64,000 bases of DNA from Phoronis australis (lineage: Eukaryota; Animalia; Phoronida), in NCBI GenBank assembly GCA_002633005.1, contig NMRA01000019.1, forward strand, positions 708,343 to 772,342, given 5' to 3'. How positions within the stretch are numbered: the stretch's first letter is position 1; every line of letters starts with the position of its first letter. Shown here in pieces: positions 45,901 to 58,400 of this stretch. Made by a program: the position numbers and the translations under genes. The notes beneath the pieces are model-generated. The model had not been told where the DNA came from and searched no databases. It saw only the letters and a list, made by a program, of their open reading frames with translations.

Positions 45901-46331
45901 TTCGTACTCTGCAACAACTTGTCCAATTCATTCAACGAGGTGGCATTTTGCACAGCCTGCTTTTCATGTTCTGTAGTAAACCTCAGATTTCCTTGGTATT
46001 CTATTTTTATGTTTTCTGTCTCAGTGGTGCGCCATGATTCTTGAAGTTGCTCTCCAAAAAGAGCAATGTCATATTTTGGAATGGTATCGTCACAAACAAC
46101 AATCTTTACGACAGCCGAGTAAACAAGTCTTTCTGAACGAAGATTGTCAATATCGGAATAGGGTAAAGACACACGATAAACTTCGGTTGTTTTCCACCAA
46201 AGTGGGACACCTATGACAATACATAGAATAGCTATAGCTATTGCGGAAAATGCTCCAGATGTTTTAGAGTCTGCGTCGTAAGAACTGGTATTTTTCTCTG
46301 GCGGAACACTTTCCTTCTCCACGGTCGCCAT
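42932..46331 (-). CDS. PIGS: GPI transamidase component PIG-S
   Basis: Exons 46331-45110, 44777-44626, 44090-43930 and 43046-42932 total 1650 nt = 549 aa + TAG. PIG-S motifs: [60 protein letters not shown]. N- and C-terminal TM helices. Confidence 0.96.
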
Positions 46332-49030
46332 AGTGTGGCGAGGTAATAAAACCTTACTTAAACAATGTGCCCTTATAACAGTGTTGTTATGGGATTCGCT
46401 GATATAAATTCACCCAATGGCAATGAGTACAATGATTTTGAAAAACAATGCATTATGGGAGCCGGGCGCATCATAGGAGGCTGGGGGNNNNNNNCCCCCC
46501 CACACACACACACTTATTTCAGTGCTGCGCCGTCCATTTGCATTCAAGTCAAGTCATTTTATTTATAGTCGGTTTGTCAAACAACGAGAAAACATTAGCC
46601 ATAGGCTAGTACACCGACAAATAAATACATAAGTTATAACAATAAATAAATAAAATAACTAAATATAATTAAAAACAAAATTTAAAATACTATATACAAG
46701 GTTAACAAATTTGAGCGTAGTAGTAGCCCAATTGGCTAATGTTCTCCGAACGCCAAAGCTTCTTGAATCTTGAATCTTGAGCAATTAGCACCCTATGTCT
46801 GATTCATACTCACAGATACTACACTTACAGGGAGGCTCAGTCCATACGTTTGCATGCTGTATAAAAGTTTTTTAAATGTAGACATTCCGTGCCGGTGTTT
46901 TTTGTTTTTGTTTTTTAACCAAAAAAGAGATTTTTTTAAATGACGACTGCGTGAATAAGGGCTTACGAATCGCAGCGTGTTTCCCTCCGAAATTCAGCGT
47001 TGAGTCGCGATACGTTTATATTAAAGTCGCCGAAACTAATCACCATATGTATACCATTTATTATCATACGGCGTGATTTGGCTCGCACTCCAATTAACTC
47101 CACTGNNNNNNNNNNNNNNNNNNNNNNNNNNNNNNNNNNNNNNNNNNNNNNNNNNNNNNNNNNNNNNNNNNNNNNNNNNNNNNNNNNNNNNNNNNNNNNN
47201 NNNNNNNNNNNNNNNNNNNNNNNNNNNNNNNNNNNNNNNNNNNNNNNNNNNNNNNNNNNNNNNNNNNNNNNNNNNNNNNNNNNNNNNNNNNNNNNNNNNN
47301 NNNNNNNNNNNNNNNNNNNNNNNNNNNNNNNNNNNNNNNGGTGCACCGCCTATAGACCACGGGCGGCGTAGCACTGAAAAAGTGGGGGCTATTGCCCCTC
47401 CCCCCCAGCCCCCTAGGGTGCGTCACCCAAGTTGAAACAGTTGCCGCATTTGGATCCGCCCGTTATATTTTTGTGGCAACAGATCAAAATGCGATAAAAG
47501 TAGTCCAACTGAATTGGGACTGACTGATGAACAAGCACTTCATTTGCTTCAGGTCACTGACGGTCCAATCTTAGTTCGGATTCTCAGTGGAACTGTGAGC
47601 CAATCTCAAAAGTCCAAAAATCTCTTTTAGTCTGAGTAACGGGACTGAAGCCGAATTTCATAACGGGAAAATTTTTAGTCGAAATGAACAATTATTTTCC
47701 AGAGACTGCAGGAAGCGATGGGATTATGGAACTCTGTAAAGCATCCATAACACCTTTCCAGTGCCAGTCTCGAAAAAAATTAGGCTAGTCGCCATGGCCA
47801 TACTGCCCCTGTTGCAGTAATGACTGAGGCAGAACGGCTGTCTAATTTTCAGTATTATTTACTTTGTAATTTGAGCACGAAAATCATTTTCCAGGTTTTC
47901 CAATTGAAACTGGTTCACTGACTGTTTCTGTATTACTCTGTCCCCTGTGAGTTCACCTACTGACATCTTTGATCAAATGTCACAATACAAAAGTACATAA
48001 AGACCAATCCGACTATCTTGATCGAGAGACAATAATGATTTAATAACATGAAGAACAATTGATATTCCACTACAGACCTCTTTGTGCAGTTCGCGTGACA
48101 AGACAGAAAAGTTATCTAATAAGTTTCCTTTCTTTTTAATCTATTTGAGGAGTTGATGAATAACAGAGCATGAAAAACAAGTAAACGTTACATCCATGGA
48201 GATTTACAATCGTATTTCAGATACACAATTCCCTGGACTAATCGGGCTTTGTTTAAATAAACTGACTGAATTAAATACAAGTGGTGTACTTCAAAACAAA
48301 CCAGCTTTCCTAAATAATTATATCTTTCGTTAACCAAGAAATAGCAATATATAGTTTGAGTGCTTTACTTTTGATGTTGGTTGTTTTTCTAAAATCGTAA
48401 TTCTTAGAATATGGTTTATACATGTATGTAACAACAAAATTAGGGCCCTTTTCGATTACCAAGTTTTGAGGTTCTAACCGAATTATCCATAAACAGGATA
48501 ATTCTATGGACTAGTCGCACTGCTACTAAAAAGTATTAAACATAATGTTAACAAAATAATTGCTTAAATCAAGTCGAGCGGTACCTACGTGTAGTTTGAA
48601 AAATATACTGACTGTGCACTGTAGAACGTACATGTAAATTTGAGCTAAACACTGTCAATTAATGCTAATACGCCTACTCTTTCATGTCCAATTGTCTGTA
48701 AGGAAAACGCTTTATGTAAGGACTTGGTTTTGAGATATCACATTTAATTTTTCACTTCTTGATAGCTGAGAGACGTGTTTTGAATTGAGGCGGATTTCTT
48801 GAGCATTAATTTCTCAGTAATTAAATTGATACTGTATATAAAGTAGCTCAGATCATTATCGATAAAGATATTAGCGTCTCTGATGGAAACAGAGCACATC
48901 ATGTGACACGGACTAGACAGGCGATAATGTTTATAAAATACTAATAAATCGTGCTGATTTCCACTTCTTGATCGACATTAGATGCGGAACATATTGTACG
49001 AGAAAAAAGTACAAGAAAATTAAGGTTACC

Positions 49031-49143
49031 GATGACGTCTACGATGATGATGATGACGACAATGGTGATGATGATAATGATGACGATAGTGATGGTGCTG
49101 GAGGTGATGACGTTGACGGTGGAAATTTTGACGATGAAGATTA
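49031..49143. repeat. Degenerate (GAT)n microsatellite
   Basis: Visible gat/gac/ggt trinucleotide run. Confidence 0.8.
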
Positions 49144-50112
49144 GTCAAATATTGTTTATTGTTTTTCATGTAATGCCTGGTCGGTACCCCTAATCATTTT
49201 GAGGTCATGGACTAAAAGAAAAGGGAACGCCCGCGCGCATCATTTTCAGCCAAGTTCTTGTGTTTTCTACTTTTTTGAAAGCTGTTCGAAGACACGTAAG
49301 CAAGAGCGTGCAAGGTTTCAATCGTCATGATTTGCAAAGAGATGAGTATTAAAAGAAATCCCGGCTCCTCTCAATTGAGCAACTGAACAATACCATCCCA
49401 CTGACTCGATTTTCAAAAGAAAAAGGAAACAGCCACCAAAACCAACTTACCCTTAAAAATTCTTTTTAATTCATTTAGCTCAAATATCGCCAAATGTCAG
49501 AATGCTGACACGTTACTATTAAGACGGGTGAGCATATAAAAATAGGCTTAAAAGACAATTATACTCGGTTACAATTAATAACGAACGTAGAAAGTGATTC
49601 AAAATCAACATTTCAAACTTCTCAAAAATCCAAATGAAAATGGTTATTTTTAATCACTGGTCGCCATATCCTGTGACGTGGTTGGCAAGTCGAATGGCGC
49701 TTTCTTGTTGGTTAAGTGATGTCTGATCGCTAGTGAGTCAGAGGGGTCTCACTGATCAGGTAACTGCTACGTAAATTACAAAATTGATCTGGAAATTTCA
49801 CATGGATGTTTAGTTAGGCAAGCTAACGACATTTCAGTGTTGTTGATGTGAGTCGAGGGTAATGTGTACAGCATTTAAAAGCAACACGTCCCCTGGTAGG
49901 TGGTGTGTTGTTTCTCAAACGCTGCTTCATTTCATTAGTCCGTAAAACGTTTCCTCACCACGGCGTTACGAGGTTCTGTTGATGAAACAAGCTTAACGTG
50001 AGCGAATAAAACGCAGAGAGTAGCACCGAAATCATTAGATGTGTAATAGTATGAATAACAGTAACAAAATAGCACGGCATAATTAATACCGATAGTATTA
50101 ATATCAATAACA

Positions 50113-50116
<4 letters not shown>

Positions 50117-50190
<74 letters not shown>

Positions 50191-50410
50191 GTAATGATGA
50201 CAATGATAGTGATAAAATAAGCTATACTATTAACAATACTAATAGTACATGTATGTGTTAAAATAATAGTAATGATGATGATGATGATGCTGTTGATGAT
50301 AATGGTGATAAAGATGATTATGATGATTATACTAAAATAGTGCTAACAACAACAGCCATAATTATAGTTTAATAACAACAACAACAACAACAATGATAAT
50401 AATAATACCC
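50117..50410. repeat. (AAT)n microsatellite with adjacent degenerate (GAT)n and (AAC)n runs
   Basis: Perfect aat run at about 50118-50187; explains the poly-Leu ORF. Confidence 0.92.
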
Positions 50411-53400
50411 AAGGTGAGGGGTTATCGACACTGGTTATGCGGAAGATAATATTTTATGGGTCACTGACATCTTGTAGAGACTTCGAACCCGCTTACGTTC
50501 AAACTATTCGCTACATTCATCATTTTTAATCAATTGTTCACCATGTACGAGAACCTCATAACCTCAGGGTAGAATAATCAAAAGAAGTTTCGTGCCATAA
50601 TTCGATTAGATATTCAGCCGTGTGGATTGGAGTAATCCACTAGTGGCAATTTGCAGATAATTTTCGCAATTAATACACGAATAATTTGCTTCAAGGACTG
50701 AACAGCCAAACGTTTATAAACCCTAATTGAATTATTTCCCGCGAGTGTCATATCTGCCGTTGCTTCATCTAATACCTCCTTTAACACGCATGGCTGATCT
50801 CACCTCCTCCATTTGTACGAAATTCGAATCTCACGGTAAGGCAAAACTCAGATTGAATACCTCTGTCATTCATCAACACCCGTTGTAACGGATAAAAGTT
50901 ACACTGAGGTTCTCGTTTACTTTTGAAACAGTGTCTGGAAAAGAAGAAAGGCGTCTGCCTTTAGATGTTTTGAAGTTCATTTTCATGGGTTAGATCACAA
51001 TTATGATTTGCAATCGAGTAGTCATTATTGGCAATTTTATTATGCTTTTCCGCTCAGACTTAATACAATTACATTCATCTATAATTGAGGATCTTTTCGA
51101 TTTTTGTGTAACAGTTAATAAACCATTAGCGAGCCCTTAGCTATTGACGGAGTAATTTGATAAGCGGAATTAATCAAACCACATCGAAATGTTGACGCCT
51201 TTATTTTTATTGCTTTGTGAATAAATTGTTCAGACATTTTCGACAAATCGCAAACTGAGAATTCCCTTGACTGGCATAATGTTGCGACGCCAGTTCTCGA
51301 TAACAATTAAAGAAATACACGAAAACGCTTACCAGGACATTTTGCCAAAACTATCGCACTAAAATTAGGCTATCATCCTGACACTTTGCATGATTTTTCG
51401 AAACGTATTTTTGAAAGTTCGGATTCCTTCTTATAATCGAAAGTCGAGATTAAGCACATGCGCCTGTAGGAGGAGCTGCGCAAATATTCATTAGGCGCAA
51501 ACACAATTATTGAAAACATTTGGATGGCAATAATAGATGTCGATTTGATTTTAATTAGGAGTGATTGGAAATTACAATGAACGGATAAAGAAAACACAAA
51601 AGATCCGCTTCAAGTCCTTCTTGCAAACTATTCACTGTTTGCAATGTCACTGATGAGTGAAGCTATATCATGAATATCCCAGCCGGTATATTAATCGTTT
51701 AGACTGCTAAATACTGCCGAAAATACGCTGAAACTTGTTTTCCCCAGTTGCCTATGATCTCCGTAGGTGCGTCAACGGTTGAGATTTTGGACAAAATCGG
51801 GCAGTTTGATGAATGAGAACATTTTGGATGAAACAAAATTGTAATTGGGAGATTCCTACAATGATCGGACAAAGATGAACACAGACACGCTTGACGTCAT
51901 TCATAGTATATTTCGACTGATTTGCTACCAACATCTTTGGTGCTACACTCAACCAGTACCAGCAGACCCAGACGGCATTGTTGGCTCCTCGTGACGTAGT
52001 AGATCACGTGAAAAATGGATGCGCGTTGTGTGGAATCTGTTGATTATTTTTTCTAGGGTAATGAATATGCGGATTCCGAAAGTAATTAAACAGCAAAATT
52101 AAATTTTTTTGGACATTAGGGTGGTGAGGATGGGCGTACTGATATTTAGTGATGACGTGTATGGCATTATTATGACGTGATTTGGATTCGCAAATAGGTA
52201 TAGAAATGCAGCTACATTCTGATCAAATTGTCTCAAATTTCGTCTTGGGTATTTTTCCTATTCAGATAACCAGAGGAGGGGAGAGGCAATTTAGCACTTG
52301 AAACTTTTACAAAATCATGAGTTTGGATTAATCGCTGTGCGCCAACAACAGTTGCATCCATTGTTTGCTCCCGGGGATTTGAGAAGGATTAAGAATGACC
52401 AGGTCCCTAGACCGGTAATAACTTTCAGAGTGGTTAGTTAGTTAAACCCCTACATAGAATCTGGAATAATTATTACTATTACTACTTTAAATTATATGAT
52501 TTTCATTTTATTTCATGAATGGGTCCAAAACGTCACAATAAAGTCATACTAAAGGAGCCCACGTCATTTTGAAGTTTTGGTCTCAGTCAAATAAAAGTTT
52601 AAGATCCGAAAATTAAAAATAAATGGTAGTAATTAGGCGAGATTCTTCGTTGCGCTTTCTAAGCACATTGAAAATTATTGCAGCGCTATGGACCTGATCA
52701 ATCTTAATCCTTTTCAACACCCTGGGAGCAAACAATGTGTGGACCGTTCGCGGCAAACACCGATTCATAACATGATTTACGTTGTAAACGTTCCAAGCGC
52801 TGAAATGCCTCTGAGGTTGCCCCAATAGAAAGATTAACATAGGCCTTCGAAAAGTTTGACGATGTGATGTGACCGCATTCCTATTCCTATTTGCAGGTCT
52901 AAATCGAGTCATAATTGTGCCAAATACGTCACCGCTAAACATACGTTATTCTATTGGACACCGGGAATGAACCAACAGGTGAATAAACGAGTGTAAGCTA
53001 ATATTCGACAGAATGTATTTCAGATGTGACAAATTCGTTTTGAAATCGCGCTATTATTCATTTGGAATACGAAGCAATAGGAGTTGGAGAGTTGATCTTA
53101 TTTAGTTTTATTATCTGCCAAGACCGACTGCATATTGAAGTTGTGTAATTATCCAATAATCAAGCGCCAAATCTAATTAAGACAATTCCACATTACAGTT
53201 ATTTGGCGAACCTAAACTGTTAATTATAGTCCAGTCACATTGTTGTGTGGAGTCATTCGTCATCATAAATATTCTTTAGGGTTCTAAATTAAACAATTAT
53301 TGGTTGGAAGTCTCCAATAATCGGTGCTAATGTGATTTTTCAAATTAGAAAAGTTAGGCATTTTTAATGATTTCAAAGCTAAATCTTGACCGGATTGTCA

Positions 53401-54719
53401 TAGTTGAGGCTTTGTTCATAACAGGAGAATTTAAAGGTAATAAAACTATAGGAACTGCCGATGTTTCCATTCGTGATAAGAACTTGACGTTGTTAAATAG
53501 CAGACTGACTTAATGGGTTTTCCGTGGCACTTCTAATACATGTATTGTAATTGAAAAATATGTCAATTAAGAGAAGAAAATATAATTCAAAATAACTGAC
53601 ATATACACAGTAGGAAGGGTTTAAAATCAAAGCATTTTATTTGAAAGCAAATTATATAATCAGGGCGGAACTGGTTTAATTGATCATCATTTTTCTCGGG
53701 TTTTCATTGAATTTCGTTGTACCGTGACTAAACGCTGAAGAAATAGATTGATTGGTTGTTGTTTAAGTCGATTGATAATACGTCTTTTTGGTAAACAACG
53801 AGTGCTCGCTGAAGCACGCGGATCTAAAATGCCATTTTGTCAGTCAATGGTTATTTTTTCAAAACTTGGTTAGAGTGTAAAGATATTGTTGTAATTTAGT
53901 TGTAATAAAAAGAACTATATATTTTTAGAGATTTTGTCAGTCATGAGAGAAATTTACACCATCTGTTTAAATTGAACGCCATTTCCACATCTAGAAAAAC
54001 ATAGAAACATTTCTGTATTTCGCCCTGTTTAGCTGGAGAATCAAACGAAAATAATATCGGAATTGGTCCTTTTACTCTCCTAAATTCGGCCTCATAATAT
54101 TCTTTACTGTGATAGGATTCCATTTCCGCTACCAAGGTCACAAGCAATGTCTAAACACCCCATTTTCGAAATCGCAATTTTAGGGTTGGTTGAAGTGTTT
54201 TCTTGATTAGCTGAGGATTTCGATGCTCGTGTTGGTAACGAATAGAATCGTATAATAGTAAGGAGCGTTATAAGACTAATTTTATGAGAGTAAAAGGCCT
54301 AATTCCGGGTTTTCGTTTTAATCAGCTTTAATTGTGCTCCACCGGAGCACAACCAGTAGGGCTGAAAAACCGTCGATATCCGGGCTGGAGCTGCACATCT
54401 AGGTATGATTGGAGCTAAAACTGAAAAATTATCCTCTGCAATTAAAGTCAATTGGCGTTCTTTCTAACTTCTGTGCTATGAAAAACAAAGGTTGAAATTC
54501 ACTGAACAAGAAGTTCAAATCAAATGCTAGTACTCGTACTTTGGAATATTTTTTTATAAATATTTTTCGTAACACTCTACACTTAATACATGAAGACAAG
54601 TGGAGATCCATCTTGGAAAACAGTGTTTCCACAAAAGAATTCACTCTCATTTTAAATTAATAATGTTTGCGTTCTCTTTCTAATTATTACAATAAATAAA
54701 GTAACTGTCGAAGTTTTCT

Positions 54720-54725
54720 TTTATT
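54720..54725 (-). terminator. Candidate Tlx poly(A) signal
   Basis: tttatt (AATAAA on -) about 0.7 kb downstream of the Tlx stop. Confidence 0.4.
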
Positions 54726-55439
54726 TTACAGGTATTCAAGTACCACTTAACCATGGTAATGACAACTTCTTTCAATCATAAATAATTAATTTATGTTTCA
54801 TACATATGTACACATTTGGTGTGAACAAGAATGATCACTGTCGCGCGTGTCCCACTGCAATAAAATCCAGGCGCTGTTGATGAAACAAAAAGCTGGTTGT
54901 GTTTCATAAAACTTGTGCCGTAGCCACATCCTCTCGATAAGTTTGACAGTTGCGTGACGTAACATTGTTTAACAGTTGTAACGACGGTAATGCGCGATGG
55001 TGTCGCGTTATGCATGATTTCCACGCAGCTAAAAACGTTGCAAGTCTCCTCTCCTGATAGTCCGCAAGCACAGCCTAATGGTACAAGTCGTGAAAGAATT
55101 GTCAACGCATTCCGTAGACACAAGACACTCGCGATAACGCAAGATTACGCAAGGTCACGCAGAAGTACTCGAGTGTTTCGTGAGTGCACCAGCAAAATGG
55201 AAGCCACTGAAGTGATTGGTCGGCAAGTCTAGAATGTTGAATTATGGGATAGAATTATGGTATGTTTCATTCGAGCCACAAGTGCCCCGCAAGTGCCTTG
55301 CGTCTATGTAGTCTCGAACCAAGCTCTACTAACGTTTAATTTTCGTGTGAGATCTCGCCATACTGAGCTGCGATCTGATTTGATTTGATTTAGGGATCAA
55401 CGATACTTTTTTTTAAGTTCATTCTTTTACTCATATGTT

Positions 55440-58400
55440 TTAACTTGGCGGTGATAAAGGTAAATTCGGAGATATGCTGGATTGTCCAAATCCCGGCCTG
55501 TCAATAGGTGAGTGACCTCTATCGGGCCCTGCCCAAGGTTGCAGTGTCTTCAGGGCGTGCAATGAGGCATTTGTCAAGCATAAAGGATCACGCGATTCTC
55601 CATATAAAGTCTTGCTGGCTTCAGCTTGAAGGCTCATCATAAAGCGATTGGCAGCCTGCCTTTCCGCTTCCCGCTCTTCAGCTGTTTGCCGCCTGGAAAG
55701 AAATAAAAATACACATTACTTAGGTTAGGCTACAGAGTGAAGCATTCGTGTTAGCACAACTTAAGCATAACTCTCGAAATGCACCGGTACATTGTGTTTC
55801 GCGCAACCGTAGAGTTGCTCAACCTCAGGAACACATCGCCTACCGTAGGATAAAAGAATCAGACAACTATACCAAATTTTTGGATTTGTCTTATACACAC
55901 ATCTAGGCCTAGAAGTAAATACATAAATAAATCAGATACTGGAATGCCGTGCAGTTACCGACGGATAAGAATATAAAATAGTAAAAATAGTAAAACTAAA
56001 ACGACCAGCGTCGGTACTAAAATTTATAAAAATATGACCCACGTTTCGAGCGATGCGCTGTTTGTCAAGGGTATGATACATACTGCCGAATAGATGGATT
56101 TTAATGAACCGCACAGGTGACCGCACGATGATATTCAATAATGACCGACGTTGTTCATGCTGCCTATTGCGTATCACCATTAGGTCACCTGTGCGATTTT
56201 ATTTATATCTATCTATTCGGCAGTCTGTATCATCCTTAACAAAGAGCGCATCGCTTGAAACGAGAGGAATATTTTAATACATTTAAATATATACATGTCA
56301 TTTCAAGATCGGGCTTGAGTGAGTTCGTAAAAATCGATGTATAGATAGGCATAGCTAGCACTCTCACATTTTTTCCTACAGAATGCTTTCGACAACATTT
56401 GATTATAATTGATAAGCCCTATGTTTACAGTAGTGTAACATTTTATTATAATTAATAAGCCCTATGTTTACAGTAGTGTAAACGACATAATATAGACACT
56501 CATCACATTTATTGACGAACCATCTAAATTCACATGCAAAACCTAGTTTCATATTCCTCGACGAGTTTCATGTAACTTCCCAAGTTTGAATGTCACTACT
56601 ATTAACACGCTCGAGTATAATAACAAAGTTAACGTCAACTATAAGCAAGTAACATGGCATTCGTTGGTCTTTCATTTGCCAATGGCTAGAATAATTAGCA
56701 ATAAGAATAAGACAATTCTAACTGATTTGAGCAGAAGTATGGCTACAAGGAAATTGCCATATAGGGCAACACAAGCAATCCAGGGTATAATTAATTAACA
56801 TTTATCAATTATAAAACGAACACCGGCTATATTTTATATCAAGTTAGATCTTATTAAAGGTTATTCTATTAGCAATTGAATTACGCATCACTTTTACGTT
56901 TCCGTGAGCACCTGCTGCGAATTCGTTGTTTTAACGTGGGCTATTTAATTCTCATGCCATAACGAGAAAACAAAAAGAGTGGGGACAAAACATTGATCAA
57001 ATGAGCTAGTAACTTGGCAGTAACATCTGGTCGCCAACAGACAGTCGCCACTATCTTAACAACGTGGACTCTGCGAAATTTGGGGGGACTGTAGCAAAGA
57101 GGCTTCAGGGAAGTTCAAATACCCGCCAGAGGGCAACGCCGGAATGTCTGTAGTTATCTGTCTGACAGTGCAAAATGTCCGGCGACGGAGTTGTCGACAC
57201 GTTCCTGCTGACCCCTTCCTTGGCAGTGCCCCAAGAATCACACGATGAATGAGATATAACGTGTATAATAAACAACAAGAGGTGATTTCACAGCCTACCA
57301 ACTGTGATGGTCAGATTGATCTTGGAACCTTAGTTTGTTGGAAACCGGATTTTTTAACTTCTGTGGTTGGGTTGGTCACATAGGCGGATTTAGGGGAGGC
57401 AGGGGACCCGCCCCCCCCCCCTTGGCTGCCGCCAAAAAATAAAACAGGAAGACAGCAAGAGCGTTGGTGGGTGCGCGCATGTGCGCATGAAGTCGTGCTT
57501 TACGCGGTTGCCCGAGACAAAGTGTTGGCCTCCCTTATGGTATCCTAGATCCGCCACTAGGTCAAAGTACAATTTCGGTTGCTTTTAAAATACACGAAGA
57601 GTATAATCTTTATTATTCATTATAAATGTTTAAACACTTGTCAATTGTGTCTAAATCCATTGCAATGTGTACAAGTATGATACTTTGCAGGCAATGAGTT
57701 TCAAAAAAGCGCTCGACATACATGTACGCCAACTGAAAAACGATTGCTTTAGATTCGCTCTATGTTGTAACTGGATCCGGTCAGTTTTGGATTAATAAGC
57801 AATCATTTACATGTAAAATGCTTTCTGTTGAATGTAACGATTATTTTTTATGGCTGGTCTTGAGTTTCTACAATGAATATCCCTTTTGGCTCGTTAATTA
57901 GTGAAATGATATCCAATTCATCACAAACAAAGTAAATGGCTTATGATAGGTGCATATTAATTTCATGACCTCGAAGTTCTCTTTATAATCGTGCTCAAAG
58001 TGTCTTCGTTTACAAGCCAGTCAGAATAGTCCGATTGCCTGTGGGCGACAGGTTACTAACGTACAAGTGGTATTTCGGAATCCATCTAATACAAGCAGGG
58101 CTAAAATACCCAAATGCAATGCGGTTAATTAAATGTAATAACAACAAGCTTGATAAGTTTCTTTGTGTTTGTTGAAATATAATCGATTGCTGCACGATTT
58201 TCGTGGCGTTGTGACGCAAGATCGAAAAACGCATCTGTTCCGCAATGTTCCGCCCTGACTTGCGTGTTTTGTTAATGTCTTCCACTACTAGAAAGGGTGA
58301 TTGTTTGAGATGTTTGGAAGATATTCGGCGAAATATTAACGCGGTACCTGAATACTGTTATTGAGGCATAACATTCTTACACGCCCAAAACAAATTCAGA

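Noticed and set aside
35780-47435. Long ORFs containing X runs
   Set aside because: Artefacts of N gaps (35863-36149, 47106-47339); only the minus-strand LINE frame has recognisable motifs.
48980-49143. Asp-rich reading frame resembling acidic shell-matrix proteins (KKYKKIKVTDDVYDDDD...DED*)
   Set aside because: No nearby in-frame ATG, signal peptide or convincing acceptor; better explained as a decayed GAT microsatellite.
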